NCBI GenBank assembly: GCA_963730185.1
Contig: CAVSQW010000007.1
Coordinates: 544,001 to 608,000, forward strand
From: an uncultured Gemmatimonadales bacterium
GTDB lineage: Bacteria; Gemmatimonadota; Gemmatimonadetes; Gemmatimonadales; GWC2-71-9
DNA length: 64,000 nt
Direction of reading: 5' to 3'
Positions 55,278 through 64,000 of the stretch are shown here, one piece after another (the stretch's first letter is position 1; each line of letters starts with the position of its first letter). The translations under genes and the position numbers were made by a program. The notes beneath the pieces are model-generated. The model saw only the letters and a list, made by a program, of their open reading frames with translations. It made no database searches and was not told the origin of the DNA.

Positions 55278-56155
55278 CCAGTCGGCTCCGCGACGCCCTC
55301 GCCGACCGCTACCGGATCGAGCGCGAGGTCGGCCAGGGCGGGATGGCGACCGTCTACCTGGCCCACGATCGCAAGCACGATCGCGACGTGGCCCTCGAGG
55401 TGCTCCGCCCGGAGCTCGCCGCCGCGCTCGGCGCGGAGCGGTTCCTGGCCGAAGTGAAGATCACCGCCCGGCTCGATCATCCCCACATCTTGACCCTGAT
55501 CGACTCGGGCGAGGCCGGCGGCACGCTCTTCTACGTGATGCCGTTCGTCCGGGGCGAGTCGCTCCGCGCCCGGCTGGATCGCGACCGGCAGCTCGGGCTC
55601 GACGCAGCGATCGGCATAACCCGCCAGATCGCGTCCGCCCTCGACCGGGTGACCTCCCGGAGCTCGGCGATGCAGTTCGCCGGCAAGCGCCGGCCGGCGG
55701 CGCCGGAAATCGCCAAGGCGCTGGACGTGGATGCGATCGTGGAAGGGTCGGGCACCCGGTCCGGCGACAAGGTGCGGATCACCGCCCAGCTGATCGCCGC
55801 CCGGGCCGACCAGCATCGGTGGGCGCAGAGCTTCGAGCGCCAGTCGAGCGACGTCCTCACCCTCCAGGCGGAGCTGGCCTCGGTCTGGCTCTCGAGCTCG
55901 GAGGTCCTCTACCGCTCCGGGGCGACCTGGCACACGGTCCGGATCGACCCGGCCACCGGGGAGCCGGAGGGCCCCGCGTCGCCGTGGGGGACCGACCCGC
56001 GGTTCTCCGACACCTTCGGCTGGTCCACCCGCCCGGACTGGCACGGCGGCATCGTTTACCTTGAAAACCCCGAGGATACCCACGCGACCTACTTCCGGGT
56101 CGTGCCCGACTGGGTCGCCCGGATGGAGCGTGCCGTGGACGAGGCGAACCGATGA
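55274..56155 (+). pseudogene. In-frame chimera: kinase N-terminal half + TolB-N-like fragment + propeller tail (array member 3)
   Basis: VAxK reads VALE; kinase stops at QIASALD before HRD/DFG; then VTSRSSAMQF..DAIVEGS..VRITAQLI..W; then a propeller-like C-terminus. Confidence 0.75.
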
Positions 56156-58803
56156 CCCCGATACCCGACCGGCTGGCGGCCGCGTTGGCCGACCGCTACC
56201 GGATCGAGCGGGAGCTCGGCCAGGGCGGGATGGCCACGGTCTATCTGGCCGAAGACCTCAAGCACCGCCGCCCGGTGGCGATCAAGGTGCTCCGGCCCGA
56301 CCTGGCCGCCAGTCTCGGCCCCGACCGGTTCATGCAGGAGATCGACATCGCCGCCCGGCTCCAGCACCCCCACATCCTGCCGGTGCACGATTCCGGCGAG
56401 GCCGGCGGCTTCCTCTTCTACGTGATGCCGTACGTCGAGGGCGAGTCGCTCCGGGAGCGGCTGACCAATCACGGCGAGCTGCCGGTCCACGACGCCGTGC
56501 GGCTTCTGGTCGAGATCGCCGACGCCCTGGCCTACGCCCACTCGCACGGCGTCGTGCACCGCGACATCAAACCGGAGAACATCATGCTCTCCGGGCGCCA
56601 CGCGCTGGTGACGGACTTCGGCGTCGCCAAGGCGGTGAGCGAGGCGAGCGGGCGGAACCGGCTCACCACGGCGGGCGTCGCGCTGGGCACGCCGGCCTAC
56701 ATGGCGCCCGAGCAGGCCAGCGCCGATCCCAACCTCGACCAGCGGGTGGACATCTACGCCCTGGGCGTGCTGGGCTACGAGCTCCTGGCCGGTCGGCCAC
56801 CGTTCGTGGGGGGGACGCCGCAGCAGGTGCTGGCCGCGCACGTGACGACGGCGCCGGAGCCGGTCACCACGCACCGGACCACGGTGTCTCCTGCGCTCGG
56901 CGCGGTCATCATGCGGGCGCTGGAGAAGCGCCCGGCCGACCGCTGGCAGACGGCCGACGAGCTCCTCGGCCAGCTGGAGCCGCTGGCCACGCCGTCGGGC
57001 GGGCTGACGCCCACCCAGATGCGCCCGGCGGTGCCGGGGCGGGGCGGGCGCCGCTGGATGCTCTGGGGCCTCGGCGCCGTCGCCCTCGCCGCGACGGCCG
57101 TGGCCGTCACCCTGCTCGTGTCGCGGCGGCCGCCCACACTCGTGCTCGGCAAGCGGGTGGCGATCGCGGCGGGTCCCGAGCTCGAGACCTGGCCTTCGCT
57201 CTCCGGGGATGGGAAGCTCCTGGCTTACACGAGCCGCGGGGGCGACGGGTGGTCGGTGCAGGTGCGGCAGGTGGACGGCGGCACGCCGGTGAGCATCACG
57301 GGCCGGGAGCCCGGCTCGGTGGGATTCGGGATGCTCTCGCCGGATGGGACCCGGCTCCTGGTGACCACGCCGGCCGGGATCCAGGTGGTGCCGTCGTTAG
57401 GCGGGCAGATGCGGCTCGTGGCCGATCTTGGCGCTGGGCAGCCGGCCGATCAGAGCTTTCCGGCCAACCCTTACGCTCTCTGGGCGGCGACCTGGAGCCC
57501 CGACGGCGCTCGGGTTGCCTACACCAGCCTCGACACGCTCTACGTGCAGTCGATCGACGGCTCGAGCCGGACGGCGCTCGCCACCGGCACGTGGGTCCAT
57601 TCACCGGCCTGGTCGGACGACGGCTGGATCGCCTACGTCGAGGGCAATACCAATTTTCACACCGAAGGAAACCTGGCCCCGAGTCAGCTCCGCCTGGTCC
57701 GAGCCTCGGGCGGGACGCCAATCGACCTGACCGGGCGGGGCACGCTCAACACCAGCCCCGTCTGGGTTCCCGAGCGGCGCGCATTGCTTTTCATCTCGGA
57801 CCGCGACGGCGGGCGCGACATCTACGAGCTCTTCCTGACCCGGTCCGGTCAGCCCTCGGGGCCGCCCGTCCGGGTGACGACCGGCCTCAATCCCGAGCGC
57901 CTGGCCATGTCGGCCGATGGGAAATGGCTCGCCTGGTCCGTGTACACGGAGACCGCCAACGTCTGGTCGCTCCCCGTGCCGGCGCGCGACTCGGTCTCCA
58001 TCCGCCAGGCGACGCCGGTCACGCAGGGCGCCCAGGTCATCGAGAACCTGAGCGTGTCGCGCGACGGCGTCTGGCTCTACTACGACTCCGACCGGAGCGG
58101 CGTCGCCAACATCTGGCGGCAGCGCATTGCCGGGGGGCCGCCCGAGCAGCTGACCGACGACTCGGTGGCGAACTTCGCCCCGGGGGTCTCGCCGAGCGGG
58201 AACGAGGTCGCCTTCCATTCGTTCCGGACCGGGAATCGCGACATCTTCGTGATTCCCTCCTCCGGCGGGCCGGCGCGGCAGGTGACCACCAGCCCGACGC
58301 ACGACTGGAACGCGCGCTGGATGGACGACAGCACCCTGGTATTCGACGAGCAGACGTCGGCCGATAGCTCGATCTGGACGGCCCGCCGCCACCCGGACGG
58401 CAGCTGGGGGCCACCCAAGCCCATCCTCGTCCCCGGGGTGAGCAATATCGCGAACATTCGGCCCTCGCCGGACGGCCGGTGGCTGGGGGTCATCACCCTG
58501 TCCGGCGTTGGGGTGATCGACCTCCGCACGATGGCCTACCGACAAGTCGTGCCGGTCGTGGCCTACGTGGCCTGGTCCGCCGACAGCCGGACGCTCTACC
58601 TCGGGACGGCGGCGGACGCGAGCGGGCATTGGAAGATTCTGGCGGCGTCGCCCGAGGGCGGGCCGGTGCGGACCGTCGCGTACGGCAACGACCCGATTAC
58701 GGAGGGGCGGCGTTTCGGGCTCGAATTCTCCGGCGGCCGGCTCTACGTTCCGCTGGTCGAGCGGAAGGGCGACATCTGGGTGGCGGAGGTGCGGGAGAAG
58801 TGA
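56152..58803 (+). CDS. Ser/Thr kinase-TM-beta-propeller, array member 4
   Basis: Intact kinase motifs (HRDIKPEN, DFG, GTPAYMAPE), TM helix, WSPDG repeats. Confidence 0.92.
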   Translation: MTPIPDRLAAALADRYRIERELGQGGMATVYLAEDLKHRRPVAIKVLRPDLAASLGPDRFMQEIDIAARLQHPHILPVHDSGEAGGFLFYVMPYVEGESLRERLTNHGELPVHDAVRLLVEIADALAYAHSHGVVHRDIKPENIMLSGRHALVTDFGVAKAVSEASGRNRLTTAGVALGTPAYMAPEQASADPNLDQRVDIYALGVLGYELLAGRPPFVGGTPQQVLAAHVTTAPEPVTTHRTTVSPALGAVIMRALEKRPADRWQTADELLGQLEPLATPSGGLTPTQMRPAVPGRGGRRWMLWGLGAVALAATAVAVTLLVSRRPPTLVLGKRVAIAAGPELETWPSLSGDGKLLAYTSRGGDGWSVQVRQVDGGTPVSITGREPGSVGFGMLSPDGTRLLVTTPAGIQVVPSLGGQMRLVADLGAGQPADQSFPANPYALWAATWSPDGARVAYTSLDTLYVQSIDGSSRTALATGTWVHSPAWSDDGWIAYVEGNTNFHTEGNLAPSQLRLVRASGGTPIDLTGRGTLNTSPVWVPERRALLFISDRDGGRDIYELFLTRSGQPSGPPVRVTTGLNPERLAMSADGKWLAWSVYTETANVWSLPVPARDSVSIRQATPVTQGAQVIENLSVSRDGVWLYYDSDRSGVANIWRQRIAGGPPEQLTDDSVANFAPGVSPSGNEVAFHSFRTGNRDIFVIPSSGGPARQVTTSPTHDWNARWMDDSTLVFDEQTSADSSIWTARRHPDGSWGPPKPILVPGVSNIANIRPSPDGRWLGVITLSGVGVIDLRTMAYRQVVPVVAYVAWSADSRTLYLGTAADASGHWKILAASPEGGPVRTVAYGNDPITEGRRFGLEFSGGRLYVPLVERKGDIWVAEVREK

Positions 58804-58846
58804 GCCCCTGCTCGATGGCCGACACGGGCCGGGATGGCCTTGCCCG

Positions 58847-59178
58847 ATGACCCTCCGCTCAGCCGTTCTCGGCGCCGCCCTGGCCGCGGGTCTTCCCAGC
58901 CTGAGCCACGCCCAGAACGCGGTCGTCGATTTCAAGCCGCTGACCTTTGCCTTCAACGGGCGCCCGGGTTCGCCACGTCAGGGGGCGTCCCGACCGCCTC
59001 GGCCGTCGCGACCGCCTCGGGCGGCCGGGTTCCGCTGAGCCCGATTCGGGGTACATATTGGGTTGGCTACGGCCGGCAGACCCGACGCTCAGCAGTCCCT
59101 GTCCTCGTCAGTGACCGCCCCCCGGGGTCGGGCGGTCCGGCGCTCGTTCATTCCGACCACTGGTGCGACCCTGCCTGA
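58847..59178 (+). pseudogene. Short frameshifted secreted-protein ORF
   Basis: Signal peptide MTLRSAVLGAALAAGLPSLSHA/Q; coding-like sequence continues in another frame near 58965. Confidence 0.35.
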
Positions 59179-59223
59179 CCTGAGACCGCACCGGCGGCCG
59201 CTCATACGTCGACGGCCGCCGAC

Positions 59224-61873
59224 ATGACCATCGCCGAACGCCTCTCGGCCGCCCTGAGCGACCGCTACCGGATCGAGCGCGAGCTGGGCCAGGGCGGGAT
59301 GGCCACCGTCTATCTCGCCGAGGACCTGAAGCACGACCGCAGGGTCGCCCTCAAGGTCCTGAAGCCCGAGTTGGCCGCCGTGCTGGGCGCCGAGCGCTTC
59401 GTGGTCGAGATCAAGACCACGGCCGCGCTGCAGCATCCCCACATCCTGCCGCTCTTCGACTCGGGGACCGCGGCCGGCTTCCTGTTCTACGTGATGCCGT
59501 TCATCGACGGCGAGACCCTGCGGGCCAAGCTCGACCGGGAAACCCAGCTCGGCGTCGAGGAGGCCGTCCGGATCACGACCGAGGTGGCCGACGCCCTGCA
59601 GTACGCCCACGAGCATGGGGTGATCCACCGGGACATCAAGCCGGAGAACATCCTGCTCCAGAACGGCCGCCCGATGGTGGCCGACTTCGGGATTGCCCTC
59701 GCCGTCTCGGCGGCGGCGGGCGGGCGGATGACGGAGACCGGCCTCTCGTTAGGCACTCCGCACTACATGTCGCCGGAGCAGGCCACGGCCGAAAAGGAGC
59801 TGACGCCCCGGAGCGACGTCTATTCGCTGGGGAGCGTGCTCTACGAAATGCTCACGGGCAACCCGCCGCACACCGGGGCGTCGGCCCAGCAGATCATCAT
59901 GAAGATCGTGACCGAGGAGGCCGCGTCGGTCACCCAGGTGCGGAAGTCGGTGCCGCCGAACGTGGCGGCCGCGGTGGCCCGGGCGATCGAGCGCCTTCCG
60001 GCCGACCGGTTCGAGTCCGGCCAGCGCCTTTGCCGCCGCGCTCCACGATCCGGGCTTCGCGCCGCGCACCGGCGCGGCCGCCGCCGGCCGTCGGTCGGCC
60101 GACGCCGGCCCGCCTGGGGCTCCTCGCCGCCGGCGTGGCGGTCGTCCTGGCGGCGGGGTTCGGCCTCGGGCGGTGGACCAACGCTCCCACGGCGGCTCCC
60201 GCGACGCGGGTCGTCTCGGCGATACTCCCGCCGGACGGCGAGGACTTCAGCGACCGGCGGTCGTTCGGTGCCCTGTCGCCCGACGGGAAGCGGTTCGCCT
60301 TCGTCTCGATCTCCGCGCGGGGCGAGCGCCGGCTCTGGATCCGCCGGCTCGGCGCGCTGGACGCCGAGCTGGTGCCGGGCACCTCGGGCGCCACGGCGCC
60401 CTTCTGGTCGCCCGATGGCGGGTCCGTCGCCTTCTTCGCCAATGGCCGGCTGATGCGGCTCGACCTCCAGAGCGCCACGGCCACGGTCGTCTGCGAGGCG
60501 CGGTCCGGCCTCGGCGGCGCCTGGGGCCGGGGCGACCTCATCGTCTTGGCCACGGCTCGCGGTATCGAGCGGTCGGTCCCGGGCAAGACTCAGTGCGACC
60601 TGGTGTTTCCGGTGGATTCCGGCGCCCGGTTCCAGTCGCCTTCGCTGCTGGGCGACGGCCGCACGGTCCTGTTCCAGCGACTGCGGATCCTGACCGCCGA
60701 GGCCAACCGGTCGTTCGGGTGGCGCTCCAGCATCCTCCTGGGGGACCTCGAGACCGGGACCACGACCGACCTCCGGGCCGGCGGGTTCTCGCCGACGTTC
60801 GTGCCACCGAATCGGGTGGTGTACGTGCTGCCGTCCGGCGCCGAGATGCCCGTCGTGACGCAGACCCTGAGCCGGGACCATTCGCGGCTGGAGGGGACGC
60901 CCGTCCCGGTTACCGGTTCGGTGCGAGATACCGATCTCCAGTATTCGTATTCGGTCTCGGCCGACGGGTCGCTGATCTACCTGCGACTCCCGCGGCGATC
61001 CCGACAAGCTGCTGGTGGACCGCCGGGGCGAGATCGTCGACACGGTGCGGCAGGCGGGCAGCTGGACGCATCGGGTGGCCCAGCGGCATCCCTGGGTCGC
61101 GATGGCGGCGAGCTTCGACCTCTGGCTGTACGACCTGGACCGGAGGGTATCGACGCCCCTGATCCGGGGAGACTCCGGGCTCTTTGTGGCTGATCCCGTC
61201 TGGTCGCCCGAGGACACGGCCCTGGCGTTCGGCCGCTGCCGCTGGGGACGGATCGAGGAGCTTGCCCGCGCACACGTCCTCGGTGCCGGGCGATCGCTGC
61301 TTCCGTTCGGCGGACTGGACGACGGACGGGCGCTACCTCGTCGTGGAGCTCGCCGGGAGGGAGGCGGAGTCGGCCCCGGGGCCTCGGGTCGGACCGGCGG
61401 ACGCTCGCCGCCTACGACCTGTCGGAGAAGCGGGTGATCCCGCTCTTCGACTTCGTCGGGCTCAAGTCCGACGCGTCGGTCTCGCCCGACGGCCGCTGGA
61501 TCGCCTATACCTCGGCCGAGTCGGGCACCCCCGAGGTCTACGTTCGCCCGTTCATGGCGAGCGGCCGAGGCGGTGCGGCTCTCCGCCGGCGGCGGACGGT
61601 CGCCGCGATGGCGCGGCGATGGCCGGGAGCTCTTCTTCGAGACGGCCGACGGGCGTCTCATGGTCATGGAGCTGCCCGCCGGCGGCGACCTGACCGGGGC
61701 ATCGGCCCCGGATCCTGTTCCGGGCGCCCGGCTACGCCCGGACGATGTTCTACGATCGGGGGACCCCGTACGACGTCACGCCCGACGGCCAGCGCTTCGT
61801 GCTCCGGGTGTCCGCCGCCGCCAACCACGCGGTGCTGGTGCAGCAGGCACTTGGCACGGCGGCGGACCGCTAG
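59224..61873 (+). pseudogene. Ser/Thr kinase-TM-beta-propeller, array member 5, about 6 frameshifts (pseudogene or sequencing errors)
   Basis: Intact kinase; propeller motifs continue across frames to SPDGRWIAYTS.ESG.PEVYVRPF and YDVTPDGQRF, ending at TAG 61871-61873. Confidence 0.8.
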
Positions 61874-61874
61874 G

Positions 61875-64000
61875 ATGGCCGCCCCGCTGGAGCGCCTCTC
61901 GGCCGCGCTGGCGGGCCGGTACCGGATCGAGCGCGAGCTCGGGGCCGGCGGCATGGCCACCGTCTACTTGGCCCACGACCTGAAGCACGACCGCCAGGTC
62001 GCCATCAAGGTCCTGAAGCCGGAGCTGGCCGCCGTGCTCGGCGCCGAGCGGTTCGTCGCCGAGATCAAGACCACGGCGGCCTTGCAGCACCCGCACATTC
62101 TTCCGCTGTTCGATTCGGGCGAGGCGGACGGCTTTCTCTTCTACGTGATGCCGTTCGTCGACGGCGAGACGCTCCGGGCCCGCCTCGACCGGGAACGGCA
62201 GCTCGGCGTGGAGGCGGCGGTGCAGATCACGGCCGAGGTGGCCGACGCGCTCCAGCACGCCCACGAGCGCGGGGTGATCCATCGCGACATCAAGCCCGAG
62301 AACATCCTGCTCCAGAACGGCCGGCCCATGGTGGCGGACTTCGGGATCGCGCTGGCGGTGAGCGCCGCCGCCGGCGGCCGGATGACCGAGACGGGCCTCT
62401 CGTTAGGCACGCCCCACTACATGAGTCCCGAGCAGGCCACCGCCGACCGGGAGATCGGGGCCCGGAGCGACGTCTACTCGCTGGCCAGCGTGCTCTACGA
62501 GATGCTCACCGGCGACCCGCCCCACACCGGCGCCTCGGCCCAGCAGATCATCATGAAGATCGTGACCGAGGAGGCCGCTCCGGTCGCCTCGGTCCGGCGG
62601 TCGGTTCCGCCTAACGTCGCGGCGGCGACGGACCAGGCGCTCGAGAAGCTCCCGGCCGACCGGTTCGAGAGCGCCGCCCTGTTCCGGGACGCGCTCCGGA
62701 ACCCCGGGTTCACGGCGGCGGGCCGCTCGGGTGCCCGGGCTCCCGCCGCCGGGTCGCGGCGGCTCGTCGGCCTGATGGCGGCGGTCGCGGTGGCCGCGCT
62801 CGCGCTGGCGGCGTGGGGGTGGCTCCGGCCGGTGTCCAAGGCGGGGCTGTTGCGGGTTCCCATCGTCCTCTGGAAGGCGCGCTTCGCGAACATCGTCTCC
62901 AGCGGCCAGCGGCAGATCGGACGCCAGGCGGCCATCGCGCCGGACGGATCGAGCATCGTCTTCGCGGATTCCGTCGGAGACGGGGTCGAGCTCCGGCGGA
63001 AGCGGCGCGACGCGGGCGCGAGCGAGCCCGTCCCGGGGACGGAAGGGGCCGAGTCGCCCTTCTTCTCCCCCGACGGCCGGTGGATCGGCTTCGTGACCAC
63101 CGACGGACACATCCGGAAGCAGGAGCTCGCCGGGGGCGGCGCGGTCGACGTCGTGGGCGACGCGAGCTACGTCTATCAGTATGCGGCCTGGCTGGACGAC
63201 AACACCATCGTTTACGTCGACACCGCGTCGGGCTTGAGCCGGGTGGACGCGGACGGCGGACGGGAGCGGGTCGCCGCCCCGTTCTCCGCGTTCGGCGAGC
63301 AGCTGATCTCGATGCTGTCGCCGTTGCCCGGCAGCCGCGGCGTGTTGTTGACGCTCTGCCCCGGCAACTGTCTGGCCGAGCCGTCCGTCGCCGTGTTGGA
63401 CTTGCGGACGGACAGCGTCCGGGTGCTGGTCCCGGGCGCGGTCGGCGCGTGGTATGCCCCGACCGGACACTTGCTCTACACGCTCCCCACCGGCGGGCTG
63501 TACGCGGTACCCTTCGACCTGGACGGCCTCCGGGTCACCGGCGGCGCGGTCTCCGTCATCGAGGACGTCAGTCCGACCGAGTTCGCGCTGTCTCGGAACG
63601 GTACCGCGCTCTACTCGACGGGCGTCGGCGGGAGGCGAAATGCCGAGCTGGTCTGGGTGGGGCGGGACGGGAGGGTCACGCCGGTGGACACGACCTGGCG
63701 GGCGGACTTCCAGTATCCGGCGCTCTCGCCCGACGGCCAGACGATCGCCGTGAGCGTGACCGACCCGAAGAGCACCCAGCTCTGGGTCCGCCGGCCGAAT
63801 GGCAGCCGGCAGAAGCTCACCCTCCGCGGTGACCTCAGCTGGCGGCCGTCGTGGAGCGGGGACGGACGCACGATCGCGTTCGTCGGCGCCGTGGGCGAAG
63901 GGGCGAACGACTGGGACGCCTTCCAAGTCCCCGCGGACGGCGGAGCGCCCGCCGCGCCGCTCCTCCACCAGGATCTCGGCACCTGGGAGGTGGAGTTGAG
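61875..64000 (+). CDS. Ser/Thr kinase-TM-beta-propeller, array member 6 (3' truncated by window edge)
   Basis: MAAPLERLSAALAGRYRIERELGAGGMATVY, HRDIKPEN, DFG, TM helix, SPDG blades; absent from the ORF track because it has no stop in the window. Confidence 0.9.
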   Translation, partial: MAAPLERLSAALAGRYRIERELGAGGMATVYLAHDLKHDRQVAIKVLKPELAAVLGAERFVAEIKTTAALQHPHILPLFDSGEADGFLFYVMPFVDGETLRARLDRERQLGVEAAVQITAEVADALQHAHERGVIHRDIKPENILLQNGRPMVADFGIALAVSAAAGGRMTETGLSLGTPHYMSPEQATADREIGARSDVYSLASVLYEMLTGDPPHTGASAQQIIMKIVTEEAAPVASVRRSVPPNVAAATDQALEKLPADRFESAALFRDALRNPGFTAAGRSGARAPAAGSRRLVGLMAAVAVAALALAAWGWLRPVSKAGLLRVPIVLWKARFANIVSSGQRQIGRQAAIAPDGSSIVFADSVGDGVELRRKRRDAGASEPVPGTEGAESPFFSPDGRWIGFVTTDGHIRKQELAGGGAVDVVGDASYVYQYAAWLDDNTIVYVDTASGLSRVDADGGRERVAAPFSAFGEQLISMLSPLPGSRGVLLTLCPGNCLAEPSVAVLDLRTDSVRVLVPGAVGAWYAPTGHLLYTLPTGGLYAVPFDLDGLRVTGGAVSVIEDVSPTEFALSRNGTALYSTGVGGRRNAELVWVGRDGRVTPVDTTWRADFQYPALSPDGQTIAVSVTDPKSTQLWVRRPNGSRQKLTLRGDLSWRPSWSGDGRTIAFVGAVGEGANDWDAFQVPADGGAPAAPLLHQDLGTWEVEL

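Noticed and set aside
49925..64000. Diversity-generating retroelement acting on the array
   Set aside because: No reverse transcriptase and no TR/VR pair with adenine-specific differences in the window
1..64000. Many long antisense or alternate-frame ORFs (e.g. 2172-3830, 13762-15891, 45619-47628, 56061-58367)
   Set aside because: Expected shadows in high-GC DNA; they overlap well-supported genes and have no motifs

Overview
Very GC-rich, gene-dense bacterial DNA. The gene content (many Ser/Thr kinase-beta-propeller receptors, a VPS10-type protein, a TonB receptor, M1/M28 peptidases) suggests Gemmatimonadota or a similar lineage; this is inference only. The window carries: an APC permease/NTF2-like/amidohydrolase/membrane MutS-like operon; a copper and cytochrome-oxidase assembly cluster (SCO, CtaG-like, CopC, CopD, with SURF1 nearby); AlaX; a ComDE-like TPP decarboxylase pair; three tRNAs (Arg-TCG, Leu-GAG, Thr-CGT); a MocR regulator; and a sulfatase-like enzyme. 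It also holds an envelope-stress block (OmpR-type two-component system, Asr-like basic secreted protein, DegP, MprF, double-cupredoxin lipoprotein) and an acyl-CoA dehydrogenase-FeS oxidoreductase-etfBA operon. The most striking structure starts at 49.9 kb: a tandem array of six Hanks-type kinase genes with conserved 5' kinase modules and divergent 3' beta-propeller modules. The array includes an in-frame three-part chimera, and an orphan deleted kinase remnant lies at 43.7 kb, suggesting module shuffling. Several frameshifts look like sequencing indels. No CRISPR array, integrase, transposase or rRNA was seen. All calls are by-eye motif recognition; no searches were run.
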